A DNA stretch of 64,000 nt from Lepidodermella squamata (taxonomy: Eukaryota; Animalia; Gastrotricha). The first letter of the stretch is position 1. Every line of letters begins with the position of its first letter. Made by a program: the position numbers and the translations under genes. The notes under the pieces were generated by a model that saw only the letters and a list, made by a program, of their open reading frames with translations, was not told where the DNA came from and did no database searches. The stretch is from NCBI GenBank assembly GCA_047495785.1, contig JBLDXI010000038.1, forward strand, positions 558,001-622,000, written 5' to 3'. This document shows positions 25,779-38,300 of this stretch, one piece after another.

Positions 25779-26965
25779 AGCAGTTGTAGGGTGTTGTTTT
25801 AAGATTAATCGTGAAATTACAACGTCAAAAGTGGCGAGAAGAATAAACGCGGGATCCACCGCACCCGAGACAAGCGCGGGATCCACCGCGCACGAGACAA
25901 GCGCGACTTAGTTGTCACGCAAAGGTAACGCTTTGATCATTCGCGCGCACCTACCGCCGCCTTCGACTCTCAACGCGACAAGTCGTGCGGCGCTTATCAA
26001 GTGACGCCGTCAAAATTACGCGCGCATTCACCCATTTATTTGTTCATTGTTTTTCGTACAAACGTGTCAACTTTTACACCTGCATCATTCACCTGAATGT
26101 AGGGGGATAGATCGTTCTGGGGGGAAGGGCCTTATCGGCTGGGTAGGCCATTAACACCTGTGGCTACTGTATGTTTGTTCGTAGAGGGGAACAGTTACGG
26201 AGGGGGGCCGATTAATACGCTACACCGGTGCTCAGAATTCGGACGACGAAACCCACTCTAGGACGGTCATTCAAAGCTTACTTACAAGACTGCTTTCTTT
26301 ACGCAACCTTTCTTTACATCGCACAAAGCACAATGATTAAAATACGATTTTTCCACCCAATCAAGTTTCGTTAGCAACATGTTTTATTTTCTTATTTCAT
26401 GTCATCGATAGATATAGTATCAATATGCAGTCGATTTCCATAAACCGCCTGTGGATCAGGAATTCACTCAAATTCTTGATTTTTGCAAGGTTAATATAAG
26501 CAATGCATTTGTATAAAAGATCAACTGTACACGAGGTGGGTTTGCGTCAGCAGGAAAATCAATAATATTTCTCGACCACAAACGCACGAACGGATATAGT
26601 AAATTCCGTAAAACTGGAATCTGAATAAATTCACAACCATCAGTTTTCTTTTAAAAGACATCGTTAGGCCAACAATTTAAAAAAAGCACAACCACATTTT
26701 CTTTCATTTTGAAAAAGAGAGCGCATAGTTTCAACAATTAAGGAGTAGCAAAAGGAGCGTTTTATATACACGATTAATTCTCGCTATAAATATTGGCAAT
26801 ATTTGATGACGTGCGGTTCAAGCTGTGAAACCTTCCAAACACAAGACAGTTACGCCAAGTGAGGCAAAGAATTCTGCTAAATCTTACTCGGCATGTCAGT
26901 TTATAAAAGGAAGAGCGATGAGAAGAATTTATGGGTGACGAGGAAACCTATACAGGTTAGTTATT

Positions 26966-27430
26966 TCATCGGCCAAATTTCAAGAAGAAAGCAAAGAAAA
27001 GGCACAGACTTAAACCATACACTGCCACCTGCTTGCTATCGACAGCCTCGTTACATCCATCAGTAGCACAGGTGTAAATGCAACCTCGGTAGGGCCTATC
27101 GTGATTTTCGTAAAAAAGATCCCAGCACTGAGTGTAAAGATTGTGGGTACTGCACCATCGTGTAGTGCCGACAATACCGCCGTAAATGCCGACAGTTTTT
27201 ATGCAAAATGATGCATGTTCGATGTCGCAATCTTGCAGTACCAAATTAGGATTAAACTTCTCGGTGCACTGAATATCGGTCGATGAATTGCAGGTATAAC
27301 ATCTGATGCAATCGCCTGAAAGAAAAATCAGAAACAATATATACAAAAAAACGAGTGAAAGAAAAGGGTTACCTGATTCAAACAATATCGCAACAATCAA
27401 GCCAAACAAAATAAATTCTGTATTTGACAT
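26966..27430 (-). CDS. Ly6/uPAR (three-finger, quiver-family-like) GPI-anchored protein, two exons
   Basis: Signal peptide, IRCYTCNS...C...FCIKTVG...TTRWC...C...YRGCIYTCATDGCN, and a hydrophobic C-terminal tail. An in-frame intron lies at about 27317-27372. Confidence 0.88.
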   Translation of the reverse strand: MSNTEFILFGLIVAILFESGNPFLSLVFLYILFLIFLSGDCIRCYTCNSSTDIQCTEKFNPNLVLQDCDIEHASFCIKTVGIYGGIVGTTRWCSTHNLYTQCWDLFYENHDRPYRGCIYTCATDGCNEAVDSKQVAVYGLSLCLFFAFFLKFGR

Positions 27431-29282
27431 TTCAAGTCTATGACAATAAAAATCAACAAGAGATATTCAAACGCCACATTCCACAAATGACGCGTCTATA
27501 ATTATCTATAATTTGTTTGGAGCCAAATCGGATTTTTTTAAGATTAAATGAAAGTACTAAAGCCTTAGACCTTGGAGCTCCTCGAGTAATAACACCAACC
27601 TCAGGCAATGTCCCCAGGCAAGAACCAGCCGAAATACACTGCGAAGAAGGCAATTAGATGAATTTTGAAGTACAAGACGACGAGCAATCCCTTGTCTCTA
27701 GTCCCTCGAATCCCGAAGTCAAACTCATCCGGTGTCAAGCATTGCGCATTGCTTGTCTTCACGGGTTGGCATTTAGAGTTGAAATAAAGCTTGGGGAACG
27801 TAATCTGCATTGATTCAAGAGTGAACAGGCAGTAATCATTCATCAATGACCAACGATTCTTTGTTCAGCATTCAGCATTCGACTTCCTTTCGCCCCAAAC
27901 TTCTGAAAATGACTGAAAAGCAGCTAACGCTAAGTTTGTTTTCAATGTCCATCGAATAAAGTAGACCATGGACACTATAGATACTAGACGACCGCGGGAG
28001 TGATGAACGTTGCGGTTTGAAAGAGTTTGAAAAACAGTTGCTTTCGCTAATCTGTGATTTGCGCCTCTACAAGCCGTTAGAAAGCAAAGCCAAGGGCTTT
28101 TTATAATAATCGAAGGAAGCTGCACACTAAAAACTACAAAAATGGCTGTTATGGCAACGGGTCACGACTAGGGAGTATTTTTATGCATTTTTCGTGCCAC
28201 TGACGCAAATCAAGTTTTGAATTGATGGATCATTTTGATTGGGCTGTCCGAGAACCGGCATCTGTGCCGTCTTTGCGATAGCTGCAACTTTTCTATATTG
28301 CTACCGCGTCAGACCTCCGTGATCTCAGATCTCAGATGGTCTCAACAAAAAAAGCACGGCAAGTCAACTTCGATCCAAAATCCAAAAAATTCGCCGCGTT
28401 CGAAAAATTTCATAAAATTGTTTTCAACTTTGTTATAATTAAATAAAAGATAAACTTTTGAATTTGAATTTTATTAATATCTGAAATTCTTAACAAAGGA
28501 AATTTTCGAAAAGCACCCGGGTCGTGCGCAGGGAGCTCAGGCAAGTCGAGCAAGTCGTGCGCTTCGTTACGTATGTGAAACCTTCGAATGCCGCCCGCGT
28601 CGTCTCCTTCGTAGCTGGAAGCTGCCTAGTCTGACGACCCATGCGAATGTTGGCTCTTTTATATTGAGTTTCGGACTGCGGATATGCTTTGCGTCTACAA
28701 ACCTATGAATCAGCTTTATGTGCGCTTTATATTTAGCCTGGCTGATCACTGATTTTTCCCTTCATTCTCCATTTCTTAACTAACAAACAACATGAGCGCT
28801 GCCCGCTGCCCGACGTTTATTTTTATTTGCAGTGCGATTCATTTTGTGTACTTCTAGGTGTTGAAAATTAATTGAGCAATTTAAAATTGCATGCTTTGAA
28901 GACTACATCTTAGAGTGCCTATAGCCAATCACATCTCACTTTGCTCTTTGCTCTTTGCTGTATCCAATGGCATTTTTAACCTTTGCGAATTAGGCGTCGC
29001 TAACATTGCACCTTGAAAACTTATTTTTTCGATGTAATTCTCAATTTTCAGCTGAGACCGTGTCATTTCTGGGCACATGCCTACAAGTTGTCTAATTTAT
29101 GGCAGTGCATCAGGTTGAATTGTCGCTGTAAGCGAATTAGCACGTATGATAATTTCTTGCGCGCGTTACCTGGTTCTTTCGTAGTTCATAGCTTACAACT
29201 TCAGACTTCGGAAATTTTCCCTTCGACCGTGATTGCATATTAATTTTGTGTTTAGGTTTCTTCTTGACGATAGTCTTAGAAG

Positions 29283-30073
29283 ATGGTGAGTTTTTAACGA
29301 ATGCTATCCTGGCTTTTTACGTGTTGTCTGTTTAGGGTATCGACATTAAGCACGCCCACAAGCGCAAGAGTGTTCGTCGCGAACCGGAAAGCCAGGATAT
29401 CTACCTGCGCTTGCTCGTGAAGGTTAGCAGTCACCCCTAACAAATCAAATCAAACTGTGTGACTTATGTATCCGAATTTTAGCTTTACCGCTTCTTGGCT
29501 CGCCGAACTGGTTCCAAGTTTAACAAAATCATTCTGAAGCGGCTATTCATGAGCCGGACTAACCGCCCTCCGATTTCTCTAGGTCGTCTGGTTAGTTGCA
29601 AGGCATACGAATGTCAATAATTCAACGTGATTTTAAATGTAGGTCAAGATGATGAGCAAACCTGGTCGCGATGATAAGATCGCCGTTGTTGTGGGAACTG
29701 TCACTAATGACTTGCGCCTTCACGACCTCAAGAAACTGAAAGTTTGTGCTCTGCATGTCACCGAAGGTGCCCGCGCTCGCATCTTGAAGGCCGGTGGTGA
29801 GATTCTTACCTTCGATCAGCTGGCTCTGAAGGCTCCCAAGGGTCAGAAGACCGTTTTGCTCCAGGGTCTGTTTCAATTTTCCTGTTTTGACTCATCTTGA
29901 AGAAATACTTTTTTAATATTTACTCAGGTTGCCGCACTGCTCGCACCGCTTGTCGCTACTTCGGTCCCCCGCCAGGCGTGCCTAACAGCCACACTCGTCC
30001 TCGTGTGCGGTCCAACGGCCGAAAGTTTGAGCGTGCTCGCGGTCGCAGACGTAGCCGTGGTTTCAAGAAGTAA
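29283..30073 (+). CDS. RPL18: 60S ribosomal protein L18 (eL18), five coding exons
   Basis: M|[29 protein letters not shown]|[30 protein letters not shown]...[14 protein letters not shown]...[16 protein letters not shown]. Confidence 0.98.
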
Positions 30074-30223
30074 ATGCGCAATGCCCCATTAAGTGTGGCG
30101 GTGCTGCTGTCTATTGTGAAATTTAGTTGGAGAAAAAGCCGAGTTATCTGTGGAATTCTAATAAATGATCGCCGAAAGCTATTCTGAGAAAAAATTAAAA
30201 TTTGATTATTACTTTAGGCAGGC

Positions 30224-32498
30224 ATGACAGAGCCTATATTAACTGAGAATTTTGGGCGGCTACATGACGCTAAGGTTTCGTACGAAGTGAAGCTATATCC
30301 AACTGAGGTCGTCTGCCAGCCCCAACAAGTTCGTAATAAGCAATACACAATAAGCCTACTGTCCGTTATTGGATGCCGTTGCATGAAAGCGAGCGCTGGT
30401 GGAGACAATCGGTCTTTTCTGACGATATATGCTTACCCCAAAAGCAGCTCTGGCGTCCGCCGCCGACAGACTTACACATTTTTCTTCGAAAAAACTACCG
30501 ATTATGAAAAGAATTTTGGTATCATGCGGAAATGGAAACTGACCATCAGCTACTTGGTCGCAAATAGGATTCCTGATATGAGCATTCTTAACTCGTATTT
30601 ATCTGGTGAACTGGAGACTTTGCCAATTCCATCGAGGAGATGGTTGATATTGTTTGTTTTAGACTTTCACTGATATGAACTTACTTAAATGCTAATTTCT
30701 AGGTTGAACCCATTCAGCGGGAAGAAAAACACGGAGAAAATTTTCAGTTCTCTGATTTCTAATATGCTTACGGAGGCCGAAATAGACTACACTGTTGTTA
30801 AAACTGAATATAGTGGACATGCTCGTGATTTCATTCGGCAAGCGCAATTGGATACATTCACGGGAATCATCACGTCCTCAGGCGACGGCCTGTTAAATGA
30901 AGTAATCAACGGCCTGCTCACACGATCTGATTGGTCGGAGGCTATTCAAACACCCCTCGGAGTGCTCCCAACAGGCAGTGGAAACGCACTTGCTGCTCAG
31001 CTTTGCGCAATGGCTGGGTAAGTCAGAAAATCAACTATAAGCTCGTCTAAATGTAAATAAATTAATCGTTTCAGAGAACGCATTGATCGGCAACATGTTC
31101 TCCATGCAGCCTATCTGCTGATCAGGCCGCCGATAAAGGAGCCATCCATTCCACGCCCATTCGACTTGATGGCAGTCGATACGGTTGACGGTCGCATGTA
31201 CTCATTTCTTGCCGTGAGTTGGGGCTTAGTGGCCGATGTAGATATCGAGAGTGAGAAATACCGGTTCATGGGCGGCGCACGATTTGTTGTCGGCGCAGTA
31301 GCTCGAATTCTTAGCCTCCGAACTTATCGTGGGAGAGTTTCGTTCTTACCTGTCGATGCAGCCGAGGCAAAGCAAACTTTACAAGCGCGTCGATCGCGTA
31401 GCATGTCTTCTCCTCCGAAGCGGACCTCTGTTTCCGGCATTCCGCAGTCTGTTATTTCCGACGATGGGCAGCGACACACTTTGACTGGAAACGATGCTAT
31501 CGATTATCCTTCTGTTGGTAGATACAGGTCGCTCGATGACTTGACGGCCAGGGTTGCGACGCAGGGTTCCACACCTTCGTTAGTGACATCGACTCCTGTT
31601 TCGACGACGAAAAACCCTCTGCCTGGCGCATCTGGATCGCGCCATTCGCTGAACTTGACTGCAAATAGCACATTTGCGGCAGCAGGCTCGTCGTCGAACG
31701 ATTATCAGGACGCACTGAACACTTCGGGCACAGCAAGCTCTGCCCTGGACAACTCAGCAACCTCGTCGCGCCATCAGCAGTCTTTTATCGATACACCGCT
31801 TTTGCCGCCGAAGTTGACCGACCCGGTGCCGCTGAATTGGATGACCATTGAAGACGCCTACGTCGGTGTCGTTGCATCTAAGTATGTTTTATTTTTATTT
31901 ATTTTTATTTCAAATTAATCCGGTAAATTCACTGGAAGTTGGTCCTGCATTTTGGCGTAGTATTTTTTAGCTTTTGAGTTCTTTTCACTTGGGTTTCTTT
32001 ACTTGCTGAAACAAGCAATTCAACGCAAACACACTCTCTTTTGTATTAGTCTTGCTTTTTTGTTAAAGCAACAGTAGTAACAAGGAAAAACATTTCAACT
32101 GGCTGACCTAGCATGTTTGCATTTGAACTTCAATGCTTGTAAAAACAATGGAAGGTGAATTTTAGATTTTTTTGCTTTTTTTCAGATGTAGCCATTTGTC
32201 GTATGACACCGTGGCTTGTCCGGCAATCAAGCCTGACGATGGCGCGATCTGGTTGATGCTGACACGAGCGCCCATCTCAAGACAAACGCTGATTCGGCAG
32301 TTCCTGGCCATGGGCAAAGGCGAGGACGTCACCACAGACCCGTCGTTCTGCATGGAGTGTTACAGAGTTCAGGCTTTTCGTATCGAGCCTGTGCCGCCAT
32401 CACCCCCGACACGTATAATGACTGTCGATGGCGAACGGGTTTCATACGGCCCTATTCAATGCCAAATTCTACCTGCGATCGCTTCACTTCTGTGCTGA
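30224..32498 (+). CDS. SPHK: Sphingosine kinase (DAGK catalytic family) with a Ser/Thr-rich insert
   Basis: LNPFSG, TEYSGHA, SGDGLLNEVING, LPTGSGNALA, SFLAVSWGLVADVDIESEKYRFMGGARF, MTVDGE. Confidence 0.95.
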
Positions 32499-35320
32499 TA
32501 TCGATCGACACATACCGCGTCTTCAATCTTCTGTTGTGTTTTATCATTTGGCAATAATTTTTTGTCTTCCTGCCGATTACGATGTTTGTGGCAATCACAC
32601 CAATTGAAACTATTTTTATGATGTTGAGATTTTGTGGCAGTATTTCTATTGTAATAAATTATTTTAAATCGGTTGTGGTTGTGGCGCTCTTTGATCACAC
32701 TCGAACGAAATAGGTATTATGAAAATTATCATATCAATTATTATACGCTTTTGCACAATCCATATTTTTATATAGCTATGATATAGAGAACCTGTTTCGA
32801 AAGCTATTGATTGCTCACATTGGACGAAAACGAGGTTATAATAACTGTGCACAACGATTATTGTTTTTATGGGTGAAGGGCTCTTTTGAATGATATAGCT
32901 ACGTGATATAATAACAAATCAATGATATGATTACTTCGGTTTCCTGTTGCTTTGTTACCAACAGATATTACGTCCGTCAAAAATTATTGTGATTACTCGA
33001 TTGGTACTGCCAATTCACGCCAACTGCTGTCATCAGATAATTTCCGCTGATTCCAATTAAATTACTTGATAAATGCTCTTTCTCCCGCAAAATAACTCTG
33101 TTTTCTTCTACTCTGCGACCTATCCGAGTGCTTTAATTTTTGACGATCTTGAACATGCATGGATGATGAAATACTGGATCGGCTCTTAATTGCCTTGTTT
33201 AATTACCGCCGACTTTCCCTCCTGATATTTACTATTATTCGATGCTACTTATTTCAATTTATTGCACGAATAATTCGAATAAAACCTAATAGGCTTATCC
33301 TCAAAGTCTTTGATTTGTATCAGCTCTACAGCTCTAAAATTTGCAGTATTTGATTTGGACAGTCGAAATCGATCAACTTATTTATTTAGATTGAAGCACA
33401 AAAGAAGAAAACTTGTGCGGTAATGGTGAATGGACCACGAACGATCCGTTGATTTGTATAGGCTCAATCGCGCTCCGGAAAGCGATGGGGTTGAAATGCA
33501 GACGCCACGGCTACTTCTGTAAAAATGAAAGAATTTCCTGGCCAAAATTAAATAAGTACACAAAAATACACAGAAGTACAGTGCAGACCTAAACCAAGGT
33601 GGCACACGCCGTGAATTCATAGTAGCGAGTATCAGCGTAGTCAATCTGCCAAGTTGAGCGAGCATAAATTCGATTTGTTCAAGCCATAATTCTTGCCAGG
33701 ACTCACCTGCATTAACATTAGAGATAATCTGATGTATCGCCCGGCCCTTTTTCTTCATTTTTAGGCGTTATGGTTGGTGTGCTAAAGTTATTTTCTTTAG
33801 CAATTTACTTGGGTTCACTCGTTTTTCAACTATTTAGTCAGATCACATTCACTGCAGCATGATTGCTGAGATATTGACCAAAGGTAATGCATTTACTACG
33901 GCTGCATCCTACTGTTGAAAGAAACGGATATTCTGTCGCGTTGGCGCGGCTAAAAGTAATATTTTTGTTTGCTTGAGTTATCACCATTTTTGTCGCGATT
34001 GAATAATTCTATGCTGTACATATACTTTTGATGCCCCAGTTCGTACTCTGCCATGCAAATATCACTTTTCTATATGGAAAAAAAATGACCTCGAAAAATC
34101 CACGAATGTGTAGATGATATACTTTTGATTCCTGTGGTTATCAGATTTTATTGACCAGTGTGAAAAACTGAGTTTGGGAGTGTACAAAAATCTCAATTTC
34201 GTTTTTGGATGCCGATATTACTTTTTGCCGCACCAACGACGATGGGATATTGGGGTAGTTTTATTATCACCGAAAATTAAATACTGAAAAATAAGGCGTT
34301 CACAATATTCCCTATGTTGTCTAAAGCTTTGAACAGAATTATAAAATGCTCAGCAGTCAAAAGCATTGCTAGTATAGCGATTGCAACCTACGATGAAGAT
34401 ATTTATGTTACGATATAAAATAAAAAACGTAACCATTCATCTTTCCGTTTCTATCCCACCGGATCTACCATCCCTTCGAGACTGCTTATGAAACCTTTAT
34501 ATTCTTAGTCGGGAAGCGCATTCTGCTCCAGATACTCGTCAAATTAAGTACAGCGTGTTTTTGAGATCGATAAGATTGCAATATTGTAACTGACTTAATC
34601 TTTTACACGATGAAAAATGGCGCAGATTCTCGTGTCTCAGTAGTGAGCGCTCTATGTGACTCCGCTCATAACTTTTAATTATCGCACGACCGCGCTGATT
34701 ATTCAAAAAACGCGATGCGCGGTTCGCTGGCTAAGACAGCCTGCCTCCATGAACTCAACATTGTTTGGCGTCTTATCCACTTTAATGACAAACTTCCATG
34801 ATTGCTGTATTGATTTCTCAGGTTCGCTTCCTACGTCGTCTTTCAAGAGAAGGAAATTAAGTCGATCGATGTACACAAGAAGGTTAAACAGATATCCAGC
34901 GGCAAGTGCGACGTTGCGGATATCTGCAAGCAAATTTTACTCAGTTGGAAATTCGTGAATTGTCTCACTGAATAGCATCAACCATTTTATAGTGTACTCA
35001 AACATCTAGAAAATCGATTCAACCCTCCAGCCGTTTTAGCACAAACGGTATAATCGTAAAATAGCATCGCTATACTTTCATTCTTTTTCAAAGCTTTTTT
35101 CGATATTTTGTCGATTGATAATTCTCTTGCCTCGAGTTATGTACGCTATAATCTGAGTTCGAAATGAAATTTTTATCAGAATTGCGAGTTGCATTACTTA
35201 GAGCTATGAACTATACAGCCATTTATGTTATCGATATCATTTTAGACGGGTTTTGTCCCAATCAATGAACGTGGTCAACTTCTGGTCTAGCGTGAAGTGA
35301 ATGGCTTCGAAGGCGTGCTA

Positions 35321-38300
35321 ATGGACTCGACCATAAGCGGTCAGCAGGATGGAAATGAGAGAGTCGATAACTCATCCGGTCAAGAAATGACCTCCGATCG
35401 CCATACCAATAGCGTGCCGATGTTCGAAGACAAAAGTAATCTTGAACGCCACTCAAGTTTGCGACGGGTTTCTACAATGCCGAGGAGGTAATAATTGTTC
35501 ATTTTTCCATAATTTTTGCTTGTGATAACTTATTCTGCACGGTGCGACAATGAAGCTGTCGGCCAGCCAGGTCGACGGTTTTCCGCTGAGTTTTTTGGTC
35601 TAAATATAGATCAATAGTTGCGAGAGCATGCACACAGGAAATTGCTGATTAAGCTCGGAAGTTTCGATCTTCGATTTCTCAATATTTTCATACAAACTGT
35701 GATTTTATTCTGCATATGGTACAAGCTTTATCACCATCCTGTTTACGAAGCCCATTTCATCACCGTAGAACATTATTGTAATACGGGGCATAAATTTACG
35801 ACTGCCGTACGCGCTTTCAGCTAAAAATAAAAGATTTGCATAGGTATAGCTTGCAAAAACTATCAATACGTAGGTATGTTCAAAGTTCCATTCTTTACTC
35901 TTCCGAAAATCAGGAACCGATCAGCGCCCAGACAGTGCGCTCGTTTCTCGTGACATAGCTATGCTAAGAAAAAGCGCGAGAAACTTGCAGATACACCAGC
36001 CCTTTCGCTGCATTCACCGCTTTTCTTGGGATATGTTTATTTTTCCGCCCGGCAAAAAGTATAACCGAGATATAACGATCAGCCGGTATTTTCTTAAATT
36101 GTTCCTTGTTCCAATTTTATCCAAAACGATATCTCTTAAGTTTTGTATTGGCGTGAAAAAGTCATGCTTGGTTTAGGCTAATAGGTGGCTGTAACATCGA
36201 TTTTTAAGAAATAATAATGTCCACATCTTCAAGCGACGTGAAGTTCATGCCTTAGGTAACCGGGCAGCCCTCTTTTCCCAAGTTACTGTCCGCCAGGAAA
36301 CATTATTGGCATAATGACGTTGAGTAGTATATAGAATTGTTTAGATAAACAAGGCGCTGATTATGATAAATGGCGCACAGTCAGCGCCGAACATCTAAAA
36401 AGCTGTTTGCTGGCCTGCAATAGGAGCGCGTAAAAGAATGTTGGAACTGGGAAGTGTCTGCGCTTTACCTCGCGAATAGTAAGCTCATTATCATTAGCTT
36501 TTTAGATCAGACGGCTATAAAGCGCAACAAGCTGGCGAACTTGGGCGGGCAGGCGGCCATACAGCAAGCGCCTATCATCACGTGGTGCCGCTGCTGCGCT
36601 CGCATTGCACCCGAATGGGCGCTGCCGCTAGTCACGCGAACGCAAAAGCGCTGTGTGATCGATACGCAGCGATCACCGATGATAATGATCGTAAAATATT
36701 GTTCGCGCTGATTTTACGACGCAGGCCTTCGGGACGGTGTAACTTGCGCCGCAGCCGCCGCCGCTTTCCGCTGGCCTAGTATATGAGCTTCCTCCTTTCC
36801 GCCTTTCCCATTTAGCGCGATCACTCGTGTGATTGACTCGTGTTTTGTTGATGCAGTCAGTCGATGCCCTCACCTGTTTGTCGTCTTTTAGTCACAAATA
36901 ATAAGCCCCTGGTTTTGTTGTTCCTTTTGCCTTTTTATTCTATGAAGACAATCCATCCGCGGGGACTCTAGGGTATAGAGGCTTAAAGCAGAACATCACG
37001 ACCGAAAGCAGAGCGCCGTCATCGGCCGGCTTGCTTTTCGCTGCTGCTCCTTTGATTCGCAGCGTACACTGGCGACCAGCGATCGGCTCGCGGCTCGCTA
37101 TCGAATCGCAGGTCACCAATAAGAGCATTATCCATCGCTTGACTGCATTACGCACAACAATCGGCGGAATGACTCGCGAGACCGCGATTCCGCGTGCTCC
37201 CTAGTGGCGCGGCAAATCTCGTCATGCCATTTACAAATATTACTCGCCCGCGCCCACCAGCCAACCCGCGTTTTTGGCCGAGAGATGTCCACTTCAAGCG
37301 AATTCACTTTTTCGCAACTTTCTATAGCTAAAAGCGACAAAATTGCTCACACTTAATTTTTTGTCACTCAGCCAAATTCTTCCTTTTGTTTTATTTGACA
37401 GGGTGACTTACGATGTTACCGAAAAGTGGTACTTTGTAGGAGGCGCAAGTGACCCGGGCCAACTGATACCGCCCGATATGGCCCAGGCTGATGACGAACT
37501 GCAGCGAACAGCAGTGCCGACATCGCTCCGGCGGGAAGAATCGACCAAACCAATCGTCGTTACCCCGGTGATGATTGACGAGGTCGGCAAAACAACGAAA
37601 AGCCGGCCGGATACTCGTGTGCCGTCGCCAGTTGCCTCAGACGTTGGGCTGTTCGCTGAAAAATCGTTCATTTGGATCGGTCGCGAAAATTACGTGCGAA
37701 GAGCGGCGATCCAACTGATTACTTGGAGATAAGTTTCCATCAATATTTTACTTAAAAAAGCTTTATTGAAGTCGTTTCATTTTTTTACTTGGTTTGAGCG
37801 GCTGTCAATATTCGTCATCTTAGTCAACTGTGTTACCCTGGGTGCCGTTGACCCTTGTGAGGGCGACACCTGTGTGACTTTACGCTGCTCGATTTTGCAG
37901 TTGCTCGACCACGTGATTTTTGCGTTCTTTGCGGTCGAAATGCTCATAAAATTGCTGGCGATGGGCGTCACAGGCAAAGGTGCTTACCTAGGCGAATCGT
38001 GGAACCGGCTTGACTTTTTCATCGTCATTGCGGGGTTTGTTTCTTTTTTAATTTTCTTTAAACTTGTCAAAGCAGCATTAATCCTTAAGAGTCCATTCGC
38101 ATTCTAAACTTTTTCCTTTACTATTCTTCTTCTAACTACTCTTCAAACTTTTATGGTTAAGAGGATAAATTTCTTGATTTAATTGTTTGTGAAAATGTTC
38201 TCATTGCTTAATTTTCAAGAGAACAGCTCAAAAGCAACTAAATTTGATAATTTTGCTGATATATAGAGCTGCTGAGTACGTCTTCGTGATGGAAAACATC

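Larger units (their letters stand above)
20776..26224 (-). mobile_element. Ginger1 DNA transposon, full length (5449 bp)
   Basis: CCGG TSD at 20772-20775 and 26225-26228. Imperfect ~40-bp TIRs: TGTAGTGTTGTAATAGGCC... versus reverse complement TGTAGCGTATTAATCGGCC.... TGTNR termini plus a CCGG TSD are Ginger1 hallmarks, and the element encodes an intron-containing Gypsy-like integrase. Confidence 0.93.

Noticed and set aside
20776-26224. Gypsy LTR retrotransposon interpretation of the integrase
   Set aside because: No LTRs, RT or RNase H; TIRs, introns and the CCGG TSD indicate Ginger1.
33000-35200. Scattered short ORFs and possible MITE remnants
   Set aside because: No termini, TSD or protein motif could be supported.
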